Of a DNA stretch of 32,000 nucleotides, positions 25,308-32,000 are shown piece after piece. This DNA is from Delftia acidovorans NBRC 14950 (GTDB taxonomy: Bacteria; Pseudomonadota; Gammaproteobacteria; Burkholderiales; Burkholderiaceae_C). The position numbers and the translations under genes are program-made. Position 1 is the first letter of the stretch. Each line of letters starts with the position of its first letter. Location: NCBI RefSeq assembly GCF_001598795.1, contig NZ_BCZP01000010.1, positions 180,001 to 212,000 of the forward strand. Direction: 5' to 3'. The notes below the pieces were generated by a model. It made no database searches, was not told where the DNA came from, and saw only the letters and a program-made list of their open reading frames with translations.

Positions 25308-25667
25308 ATGGCCAATATCAAGCAAACCATGGATGAACTGATGCGCTGCGACGGCGCCATGTGCGCTGCACTGGTGGACTACAACAGCGGCATGATCCTG
25401 GGGCAGGACGGATCGGGCGTGGACCTGGAGCTGGCTGCCGCCGGCAACACCGAACTGGTGCGCGCCAAACTCAAAACCATGCGCTCGCTGGGCCTGGAAG
25501 ACACCATCGAGGACATCCTCATCACGCTGAGCAAGCAGTACCACATCCTGCGCCCCTCCACCCACCACGAGGGACTGTTCCTCTACCTGGTGCTCGACAA
25601 GGCCAAGGCCAATCTCGCGCTGGCGCGGCGCAAGGTGCAGGACGTGGAAGGCGTGCTGGTGGTCTGA
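25308..25667 (+). CDS. Roadblock/LC7-like domain protein, copy 2 (divergent paralogue)
   Basis: ATG at 25308, preceded by GGGAG/AGGA. Pattern DGAMCAALVDYNSGMILGQDG...DLELAAAGNTELVRAKLKTMRSLGLEDTIEDILITL...LFLYLVLDKAKANLALARRKV. An in-frame ATG at 25212 (TGATG overlap with copy 1) is an alternative start, but the extra 32 codons are rich in rare codons. Confidence 0.7.
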   Translation: MANIKQTMDELMRCDGAMCAALVDYNSGMILGQDGSGVDLELAAAGNTELVRAKLKTMRSLGLEDTIEDILITLSKQYHILRPSTHHEGLFLYLVLDKAKANLALARRKVQDVEGVLVV

Positions 25668-25670
25668 AGC

Positions 25671-25698
25671 AGGCGGCCTGCAGCGCGTAGCGCCGCCT
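25671..25698. terminator. Hairpin AGGCGGC-N14-GCCGCCT between convergent genes (Roadblock copy 2 and Crp/Fnr); possible bidirectional terminator
   Basis: 7-bp perfect arms read directly, 4 nt after the stop at 25667. Only a short TT follows, so the call is weak. Confidence 0.3.
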
Positions 25699-25726
25699 TG
25701 ATGGACCCTCTCACAACCGGGCCTTC

Positions 25727-26440
25727 TCAGAACCGCTCGGCGCACAGCGCCTGCCACTGCAGGATCTCGATCTCGCCGCGCTGCACCCGGATGAGGCCGC
25801 GCGCCTGCAGGCCCTGCAGCAGCACGTTGGTGGTCTGGCGCGAGATCGACAGCATGCGCGCCAGCTGCTCCTGCGTGATATCGAGGCGCGGCCGGGCCGG
25901 CACATCGTCCAGCCGCTCGCCGTAGCCGCGCGCCATGGCCACCAGGCGGCGCGCCAGGCGCTGGGGTGCGGGCAGCAGGGCCAGATCCTCCAGCGCCGCA
26001 AAGGCCGCGCGCATGCGCCCCGACATCAGCACGCCCAGGTCATGCCAGTGCGCGGGGTGCTGCTGCAGCCAGTCCAGCAGCGGCTGGCGCGGCACCTGCA
26101 ACACCACGCTGGGCTCCATGGCGTGGGCATCGTGGGTGCGCGGCGAACCGTCGAACAGCGCGATCTCGCCAAACCAGGTGGCCGGGCCCATGCGCGTGAG
26201 CAGGGCCTCGCGCGCATGCTCGCTCTGGCCACCCACACCGGAGAAACCGATGCTGCCACGGACCACGGCGAACAGCCCACCCTCCAGCGCATCGCCGCGC
26301 AGGAACAGGGCCTCGCCCGTCTCCAGGCTGCGCGGCTGGGCCAGCGCCAGCAGCAAATCGGCAAACTGCGGCGCCAGTGCGCTGAACCAGCGGCCGGCGC
26401 GCAGCGTGGGCAGGTAGGAAAAGGCGAGGGAAGCTTGCAT
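25727..26440 (-). CDS. Crp/Fnr-family transcriptional regulator (cNMP-binding domain + C-terminal HTH)
   Basis: ATG at 26440 (M32 of track ORF 25727-26533). cNMP-like beta-roll: LFLRGDALEGGLFAVVRGSI...GPATWFGEIALFDGSPRTHDAHA. HTH: ITQEQLARMLSISRQTTNVLLQGLQARGLI. Confidence 0.85.
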   Translation of the reverse strand: MQASLAFSYLPTLRAGRWFSALAPQFADLLLALAQPRSLETGEALFLRGDALEGGLFAVVRGSIGFSGVGGQSEHAREALLTRMGPATWFGEIALFDGSPRTHDAHAMEPSVVLQVPRQPLLDWLQQHPAHWHDLGVLMSGRMRAAFAALEDLALLPAPQRLARRLVAMARGYGERLDDVPARPRLDITQEQLARMLSISRQTTNVLLQGLQARGLIRVQRGEIEILQWQALCAERF

Positions 26441-26527
26441 GGAAAGGGATGTCGGGTGGCTGACAGACACAGCCGGCGGGCCTGCGTATTTTCGCCGCTG
26501 ACATCGAACATGCCAGGAGACCTTCCC

Positions 26528-28561
26528 ATGCAAGCCTCACACCCCCTGCCCCGCGCGCTGGCGCGCCCTTCCCGCCTGCTGGCCAGCCTGGCCACAGCCG
26601 CTTTGCTGAGCGCCTGCGCCCAAAGCACCCTGCCCGTCTCCGACATGGCCAGGCCCCAGCCGGCCAGCGCCGCCACGCGCGCGGCCCAGCAGGCGGCCTT
26701 GGCACAGCAGCCGCTGGACGATGCGCAGGCCATGGAGGACGCCCGGCGCGGCCTGATCGCACCGGCCGACACCCTGGTCGTGCGCAATGCCCAGGGCCGT
26801 CCCATCTGGAGCATGCAGTCCTATGCCTTCCTGGAGCAGGACCAGGCGCCCGACACCGTGCACCCCGCGCTGTGGCGCCAGGCCCAGCGCAACCGCGTCA
26901 GCGGCCTGTTCCAGGTGACCGACAGGCTCTACCAGGTACGCGGCCTGGACCTGTCGAACATGAGCATCATCGAGGGCGAGACCGGCCTGATCGTGGTCGA
27001 TCCGCTGATGTACACCGAGACCGCCCAGGCCGCCATGGACCTGTACTTCCAGCACCGCCCGCGCAAGCCCGTGGTGGCCGTCATCTACTCGCACAGCCAT
27101 GTGGACCATTTCGGCGGCGTGCGCGGCGTGGTGCGCCAGGAAGAGGTGGATGCAGGCCGCGTGCAGGTCATCGCGCCGGCTGGCTTCATGGCCGAGGCCG
27201 TGGGCGAGAACGTGATCGCCGGCCACGCCATGGGCCGGCGCGCGCTCTACCAGTTCGGCATGCTGCTGCCGCGCAATGCCAGGGGACAGGTGGACGCAGG
27301 GCTGGGCAAGGCGGGTGCGCCCGGCACCATGGGGCTGATCGCGCCCACGCGCGTGATCGACAAGCCGCGCGAGACCCTGCGCATCGACGGCGTGGACATC
27401 GAGTTCGCGCTCACGCCCGGGGCCGAGGCGCCGGCCGAGATGATCATGTACTACCCCCAGCTCAAGGTGCTGAACATGGCCGAGATCGCCGTGCACACAC
27501 AGCACAACCTGCTGCCGCTGCGCGGCGCCCAGGTGCGCGATGCGCTGGGCTGGTCGCGCCACCTGAACGACGCCCTGCACACCTATGGCGGCAAGGCCGA
27601 GATCCTGATTGCCCAGCACCACTGGCCGGTCTGGGGCCAGCCCCGGCTGCAGCACCTGCTGGCCGGCCAGCGCGACACCTACAAATACCTGCACGACCAG
27701 ACCGTGCGCCTCATGAACCACGGCTACGTGGGCTCGGAGATCGCCGAGATGCTGAAGATGCCCGAATCCCTGGCCCGCGACGGCGCAACGCATGCCTTCT
27801 ACGGCCACCTGCGCCACAACATCCGCGCCATCTACCAGCACTACCTGGGTTACTACGAAGGCAATCCGGCGCAATTGGAGGCGCTGCCGCCCGTGCCCGC
27901 CGCACGCAAGACCGTGGAATACATGGGGGGCGCCGACGCCGTGCTGCGCCGTGCGCAGGCCGACTACGAACGCGGCGAATACCGCTGGGTGGCGCAGATC
28001 GCCTCGCAGCTGGTCTTTGCCGACCCGGCCAACCAGGCCGCGCGCCGCCTGGCCGCCAATGCCTATGAACAGCTGGGCTACCAGATGGAGTCGGCCACGG
28101 CCCGCAACGCCTTCCTGCAGGGCGCGGCGGAACTGCGCCAGGGCGTGCCCCAGCTGCCCAGGCCCGGCAGCACCGCACGCGACCTGGTGCGCAGCCTGCC
28201 GCTGGAGATGTTCTTCGACTACCTGGGCGTGCGGCTGGACGCCGGCAAGGCCGCAGGCCAGCGCATCGTGCTCAACTGGACCTTCACCGACACCGGCGAG
28301 CAGCGCAGCCTGAACCTGGAGAACAGCGCCCTCACCCAGAGCCCGGGCCTTGCGCCCGCCGCCCATGCCAGCCTGCGCCTGACGCGCGCCACGCTGGACG
28401 CCATTGCAGGCCAGGAGACCACGATGGCCGAGGCCATCAAGAGCGGCCAGCTGCGCATCGAGGGCGACGCCTCCAAGGTAGCGGCGCTCATGTCCATGCT
28501 GGACCGCTTCGACAGCGTGTTCCCCATGGTGGAGCCACGCCCCGAACGAGCCGCTCAGTAA
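26528..28561 (+). CDS. Alkyl/aryl-sulfatase of the metallo-beta-lactamase fold (SdsA1/BDS1-like); predicted lipoprotein
   Basis: ATG at 26528 inside track ORF 26042-28561. Lipobox LLSAC. MBL motif YSHSHVDHFGG. The WRQAQ...GLFQV...LYQVRG N-terminal block and the C-terminal SCP2-like tail (LRIEGDASKVAALMSMLD) are typical of alkyl sulfatases. Confidence 0.85.
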   Translation: MQASHPLPRALARPSRLLASLATAALLSACAQSTLPVSDMARPQPASAATRAAQQAALAQQPLDDAQAMEDARRGLIAPADTLVVRNAQGRPIWSMQSYAFLEQDQAPDTVHPALWRQAQRNRVSGLFQVTDRLYQVRGLDLSNMSIIEGETGLIVVDPLMYTETAQAAMDLYFQHRPRKPVVAVIYSHSHVDHFGGVRGVVRQEEVDAGRVQVIAPAGFMAEAVGENVIAGHAMGRRALYQFGMLLPRNARGQVDAGLGKAGAPGTMGLIAPTRVIDKPRETLRIDGVDIEFALTPGAEAPAEMIMYYPQLKVLNMAEIAVHTQHNLLPLRGAQVRDALGWSRHLNDALHTYGGKAEILIAQHHWPVWGQPRLQHLLAGQRDTYKYLHDQTVRLMNHGYVGSEIAEMLKMPESLARDGATHAFYGHLRHNIRAIYQHYLGYYEGNPAQLEALPPVPAARKTVEYMGGADAVLRRAQADYERGEYRWVAQIASQLVFADPANQAARRLAANAYEQLGYQMESATARNAFLQGAAELRQGVPQLPRPGSTARDLVRSLPLEMFFDYLGVRLDAGKAAGQRIVLNWTFTDTGEQRSLNLENSALTQSPGLAPAAHASLRLTRATLDAIAGQETTMAEAIKSGQLRIEGDASKVAALMSMLDRFDSVFPMVEPRPERAAQ

Positions 28562-29286
28562 CCGTGCTGGGCGCGGAAGTCGCGCGCCTTGCCGAAGTGC
28601 CCGTTGCCGATGAAGGGCACGGGCGGGCGCAGCGCCGACAGAGGCGAGGGATGGTTGCTGGTCAGCACCAGATGGCCCCGGTCGGCCGGAATGAAGGCGC
28701 GCTTGGACTGCGCATGGCTGCCCCAGAGCATGAAGACCACGGGGCGCGCGCCCTGGGCGATGTGTCGGATCACCGCATCGGTCAGCAGCTCCCAGCCCTT
28801 GCCCGAGTGGCTGGCCGCCTGGCCTTCCTCCACCGTGAGACAGGTGTTGAGCAGCAGCACGCCGTTCTTCGCCCACTTGACCAGGCTGCCGCCCGGGTTG
28901 GGAAACGGCGGGAAGGGCACGCCCAGGTCACGCTGCATCTCCTTGAAGATGTTCTGCAGCGAGGGCGGCATGCGCACGCCCGGCGCCACCGAGAACGACA
29001 GGCCTTCGGCCTGCCCCCGGCCGTGGTAAGGGTCCTGCCCCAGGATGACCACGCGCACTTCCTCGGGCGGGGTCAGCTCCAGCGCGCGCAGCGGCTGGGG
29101 CGGGAAGATCACCGCGCCAGCTTCCAGGCGCTGGTGCAGAAAGGTCAGCAGCTGCTGGCCCGTGGCACCCGCGAAGAAGTCCTCGACCAAGGGCTGCCAG
29201 TCGGGCGCAACGGGCCAGTCGGAGGGATCGGCGGATTGGAGTTGGTCGGCTTGCGCCGGGGCGATTGCGTCGTCTTGAAGGGCCAT
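28555..29286 (-). CDS. ung: Uracil-DNA glycosylase (family 1)
   Basis: ATG at 29286 within track ORF 28555-29520. Catalytic motifs ILGQDPYHG and LTSNHPSPLSA, plus LLLNTCLTV. 243 aa. Confidence 0.9.
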   Translation of the reverse strand: MALQDDAIAPAQADQLQSADPSDWPVAPDWQPLVEDFFAGATGQQLLTFLHQRLEAGAVIFPPQPLRALELTPPEEVRVVILGQDPYHGRGQAEGLSFSVAPGVRMPPSLQNIFKEMQRDLGVPFPPFPNPGGSLVKWAKNGVLLLNTCLTVEEGQAASHSGKGWELLTDAVIRHIAQGARPVVFMLWGSHAQSKRAFIPADRGHLVLTSNHPSPLSALRPPVPFIGNGHFGKARDFRAQHGY

Positions 29287-29339
29287 GGCGGATGGGGCAC
29301 CAGCGCACGCATGGCGCGCGATGGTGGTTCCTCGAAGGT

Positions 29340-29377
29340 ACGAAAGAAACGGGAATGCACCGGCGCGCGGCCGGTGC
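29340..29377 (-). terminator. Rho-independent terminator downstream of the IPTL-CTERM-like gene
   Basis: Stem GCACCGGC / GCCGGTGC (29357-29364 and 29370-29377) with a 5-nt loop. On the minus strand it is followed by ATTCCCGTTTCTTTCG. A second 8-bp hairpin, GTCGCACA-N11-TGTGCGAC at 29402-29428, lies just before it. Confidence 0.5.
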
Positions 29378-29443
29378 ATTGATGTCCTGAGGATACCCGC
29401 AGTCGCACAGCCGCCCGGCGTGTGCGACATGCACGTCAGCGCA

Positions 29444-30937
29444 TCAGCGCGTCCGGCGGCGCCGGCGCATTGCCGCCATGGCCAGCAGCACCGAGGCCGA
29501 TGTGGCCGCCAGACCCGCAAGGTTCCACACGGGAATGGCTGCAGCAGACGTCGCCGCCATCACCATGATGCCGCCCGGATCGACCACCACGCCATTGGCC
29601 TGCAGGTCATCGTCGCCCAGGCCACCGTCCTGGACTTCCAGGGTGTAGGTATTGGCCGAGATCACCTTGAAGCCGTCGTTGAAGGCATACCAGTGCGGTG
29701 CCGGGTTGGCCGCCGTGGGACCGTATTTCCAGTACTGGGCACCCGCGGGCAGGGCCTGCGGCATGGTGACGCTGAGCTTCAGCGTCGCGCCTGAGTTGCA
29801 GCCCGACGAGCGCAGGTTCAGCACGCCCAGCGGATAGGCCGCTGCACCCTGGGGCGGCGCCGTGGGCAGGCTTTGCGCACGCACCAGCGATGCCGATTGC
29901 AGGCTGCAGCCGCTGGCCGGATTGCTGACGGTCAGCGTCGCGCTGCCGCCTTGCAGGGTCGAGATGGTGGTGGCGCCAGCGACAGGGGCGTTGACCGTCA
30001 GGGGCTGCGAGGCTGGCCCCGCGCCGCTGCTGGACTGTGCCGCCACGCTGCAGTTGTAGGCCACGCCGGGCGTCAGGCCGTTGACCGCCACCGTCGGAGT
30101 GCTGGACGTGCCCGTCAGCACCGCGCCGCCGCCTTGCGGGACGCATTGCGCCACATAGCCCGTGACCGTCTGGCCGGGGATGGAGGCGACCGGATCGAAG
30201 GTCAGCTGCATGGCCGTGCCCTGCGCGAAAAAGCCCGTATCGGCAGGTGGCTGAAGTGCGCCCGGAACGCTGCCGGACCAGACACTCATCGCATCCACGC
30301 CGAAGAACAGGCTTTGCCGGTTGTCCACCTCGGCAATGCGCAGCCGCACGGTCTGGCCCGCGTAGGCCGACAGGTCGAACTGCAGCGACTGGTAGCCGCT
30401 GCCGCTGGCCGAAGGGCCGGGCACCGTGGCCGGCGGCCACTGGAAGACATTGGCCAGCACACCGGCGCCCAGGCTGTCGGGCGCGGCTGCAGGGTTCATG
30501 ACGTCGATGCGCACCTGCTGGTTGGGCGCAGCCACCGTGTAGTCAAGCGTGGCCGGCGCCGCAGCGACCTTGGCCGCATTCTGGACATGGACGCGGGCGC
30601 TCAGCGTGGCCGGGCTGCCCGCCGGAATGGCGACGTCCTGGTAGAGCACATGGCTGCCGGGGCCGGGCTGGTCGCTCATGAGGGCAAACGCCCCGTCGGG
30701 AGGTGCAGGCACGGCCACGGGCGTGATGGCGCCCCTGGTGCCTTGCTGGGCGGCGAAGCCGCCCTTGGAGCCGGCCTGGGACACGGATTGCCAGCCCGTG
30801 AAAACCAGGGAACCCGGACCGGAGTTCTGCTCGAAACTGCCGTTGGCCAGCAGTTCGGCGGCTTGCGCCGGGCCCAGGGCCGCAAACACCGCAAGCCCCA
30901 GACAGGACTTGCGGGCAACGCCTTTTACGCTGTGCAT
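29444..30937 (-). CDS. Secreted surface protein with Fn3-like middle domain, choice-of-anchor-like domain and IPTL-CTERM-like C-terminal sorting tail
   Basis: 497 aa with signal peptide LGLAVFAALGPAQAAE. Fn3-like VTGYVAQC...VNGLTPGVAYNCSVAAQSSSGAGPAS. DGGLGDDDLQANGVVVDPGG block. Tail AAIPVWNLAGLAATSASVLLAMAAMRRRRRTR (motif, then TM helix, then Arg cluster). Confidence 0.75.
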   Translation of the reverse strand: MHSVKGVARKSCLGLAVFAALGPAQAAELLANGSFEQNSGPGSLVFTGWQSVSQAGSKGGFAAQQGTRGAITPVAVPAPPDGAFALMSDQPGPGSHVLYQDVAIPAGSPATLSARVHVQNAAKVAAAPATLDYTVAAPNQQVRIDVMNPAAAPDSLGAGVLANVFQWPPATVPGPSASGSGYQSLQFDLSAYAGQTVRLRIAEVDNRQSLFFGVDAMSVWSGSVPGALQPPADTGFFAQGTAMQLTFDPVASIPGQTVTGYVAQCVPQGGGAVLTGTSSTPTVAVNGLTPGVAYNCSVAAQSSSGAGPASQPLTVNAPVAGATTISTLQGGSATLTVSNPASGCSLQSASLVRAQSLPTAPPQGAAAYPLGVLNLRSSGCNSGATLKLSVTMPQALPAGAQYWKYGPTAANPAPHWYAFNDGFKVISANTYTLEVQDGGLGDDDLQANGVVVDPGGIMVMAATSAAAIPVWNLAGLAATSASVLLAMAAMRRRRRTR

Positions 30938-30955
30938 GATGCTGCCTTGCGCCGA

Positions 30956-31699
30956 TCAGCGTTCGTAGACGGTGTCGGTGGGCGCGCTGTCCTGGGTGTT
31001 GCCCATGACCCGGTTGTTGTTGAACGAGGTGATCTTCCCGCCAGCCACAGCGTTGAACGCCTTGTCATTGCCGAACACCGTGGTGTTGGACAGGTAGACC
31101 TGGGCGGCCGTGCTCTGGACACTGATGGCGGCGCGTTCCGGCTCGCCCTGTGCTGGCACTACATTGCCCAGCAATTGCGAGCGTTGCACCAGAACAGACA
31201 CAGAAGTAGCGCCCGTATCGACCTTCACCGCCGCCTGCGTGAAGCCCTGGATCCTGACGTTGTCCAGCACCACTTTGCCTGCCTGGACGATTCTGACGCC
31301 GAACGTTCCTGTGCCGTTGCCGACGATGTCCAGATCCCGCAGCACCACGGTGTCAGAAACACCCGCGTTGATGGTGATGCCCGCGGTACCGGAGACCAGC
31401 ACGCCGGCAAGCACGCCTGTGCCGTCCACCTGCATGGACTTGGTGATAGTGAGTCCACCGACGCCCGCAGGATCCAGCACGTTGATCTCGCCATTGGCGG
31501 CCGTCTTGGAGATGGCCCCCGCAAACGTCTTGCAGGGAGCCGTGCGGCTGCAGGGGTTGACGTCATCGCCCACGCCCGAGACCCAGGTGCGCGTGGCCTG
31601 TGCCCAGGCGCCGGAGGATGCCAGCGTGGCCGATGCGCAAACGATGAGGGCAGCCCAGCCGCGGCTGGACAGGAAAGGGGCACGGGGAATGAACGACAT
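30956..31699 (-). CDS. Secreted right-handed parallel beta-helix repeat protein
   Basis: ATG at 31699 (M26 of track ORF 30956-31774), with GGAG 8 nt upstream. Signal peptide ALIVCASATLASSGAWAQ. N-terminal cap TWVSGVGDDVNPCSRTAPCKTFAGAIS. Repetitive G/V/N-rich approximately 22-aa turns (ITINAGVSDTVVLRDLDIVGNG..., VRIVQAGKVVLDNVRIQGF...). 18 nt upstream of the IPTL-tail gene. Confidence 0.7.
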   Translation of the reverse strand: MSFIPRAPFLSSRGWAALIVCASATLASSGAWAQATRTWVSGVGDDVNPCSRTAPCKTFAGAISKTAANGEINVLDPAGVGGLTITKSMQVDGTGVLAGVLVSGTAGITINAGVSDTVVLRDLDIVGNGTGTFGVRIVQAGKVVLDNVRIQGFTQAAVKVDTGATSVSVLVQRSQLLGNVVPAQGEPERAAISVQSTAAQVYLSNTTVFGNDKAFNAVAGGKITSFNNNRVMGNTQDSAPTDTVYER

Positions 31700-31766
31700 C
31701 GGAATCTCCGTAGGCGATGGGCTGCGGCCATGTTGCCGGATCGGCATTTCATGCGCATTGTCAATA

Positions 31767-31795
31767 ATTATCATGCGAACGAAAAACTTTCAGAA
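31767..31795 (-). promoter_or_regulatory. Candidate promoter of the beta-helix/IPTL pair (-35 TTCTGA, 17 nt, -10 GATAAT) in an AT-rich spacer
   Basis: On the minus strand, GATAAT (31772-31767) matches 5/6 of the consensus and TTCTGA (31795-31790) matches 3/6. The stretch 31740-31815 is the most AT-rich part of the window. A TTGACA at 31764-31759 has no usable -10 partner. Confidence 0.3.
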
Positions 31796-31806
31796 ACACT
31801 ATTTGC

Positions 31807-31842
31807 ACAAAAAAAAGCCCGCACGCATGGCTGCGGCGGGCT
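31807..31842 (-). terminator. Rho-independent terminator of trpC
   Basis: The minus strand reads AGCCCGC-N13-GCGGGCT followed by TTTTTTTTGTG. Stem arms at 31836-31842 and 31816-31822; A-run 31808-31816 on the plus strand. It lies 43 nt downstream of the trpC stop. Confidence 0.6.
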
Positions 31843-31884
31843 GCTTCGGTGGCGCTCCACCGAGGGACCGATCCGGTCTCGGCT

Positions 31885-32000
31885 TCAGGCAAACAGCTTG
31901 GCCAGCGCCTCTCCCGGCTCCTTGGCGCGCATGAAGGCCTCGCCCACCAGGAAGCTGTGGATGCCGGCATCGCGCATGGCCTTGACGTCCTCGCGGCTGC
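31885..32000 (-). CDS. trpC: Indole-3-glycerol phosphate synthase, C-terminal 37 codons only; the rest lies beyond the right window edge
   Basis: Absent from the ORF track (edge-open). My translation of the minus strand gives ...[37 protein letters not shown]. The [16 protein letters not shown] ending is the conserved TrpC C-terminus. Stop at 31887-31885. Confidence 0.75.
   Translation of the reverse strand, partial: SREDVKAMRDAGIHSFLVGEAFMRAKEPGEALAKLFA

Noticed and set aside
26537-28876. 779-aa minus-strand ORF opposite the alkyl-sulfatase gene
   Set aside because: Shadow ORF. The plus-strand frame carries the lipobox, the HxHxDH metal site and the SCP2-like tail, whereas the minus frame has no motif.
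1-32000. Looked for tRNA/rRNA genes, CRISPR repeats, IS elements, integrases, and terminal inverted or long direct repeats
   Set aside because: No T-loop-like GGTTCGAATCC motif occurs in the intergenic DNA. There are no regularly spaced repeats and no transposase- or integrase-like translation in any listed ORF. Intergenic spacers are mostly under 150 bp.

Overview
Very GC-rich chromosomal segment (third codon positions are almost always G/C; GC was not computed). It looks like a Burkholderiales/Comamonadaceae-type betaproteobacterium. That guess rests on four Bug/TctC-type binding proteins, an IPTL-CTERM-like tail and many LysR regulators. All family calls come from reading the translations and recalling motifs; no search was run.

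I support 32 protein-coding genes and see no rRNA, tRNA, CRISPR array, transposase or integrase. Two edge-truncated genes are missing from the ORF track: an AMP-dependent ligase at 1-979 (-) and the trpC 3' end at 31885-32000 (-).

Layout, left to right:
1. AMP-ligase + Bug binding protein, divergent from an IclR regulator.
2. Tricarballylate locus tcuR-tcuA-tcuB, with a Bug binding protein where Salmonella has TcuC.
3. AhpD/CMD-like gene.
4. FMN-dependent alpha-hydroxy-acid dehydrogenase + Bug operon, divergent from a LysR regulator.
5. Small lower-GC islet with an orphan XRE gene.
6. LacI regulator with a near-perfect palindromic operator, followed by a tightly coupled six-gene operon: CUT2-type sugar ABC transporter, ketose 3-epimerase and FrcK-like kinase.
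7. Bug + cytoplasmic gamma-glutamyltransferase operon, divergent from a LysR regulator.
8. A 436-bp lower-GC leader followed by a four-gene small-GTPase module: wHTH-like orphan protein, CvnD/MglA-like GTPase and two Roadblock/LC7 proteins.
9. Crp/Fnr regulator divergent from a lipoprotein alkyl-sulfatase.
10. ung.
11. A terminator-insulated pair, secreted beta-helix protein + IPTL-CTERM-like surface protein, sitting between ung and trpC.

The best candidate for an undescribed system is the kinase-less, conservon-like GTPase/Roadblock module at 23626-25667. The many long antisense ORFs in the track are GC-driven shadow ORFs and were rejected.
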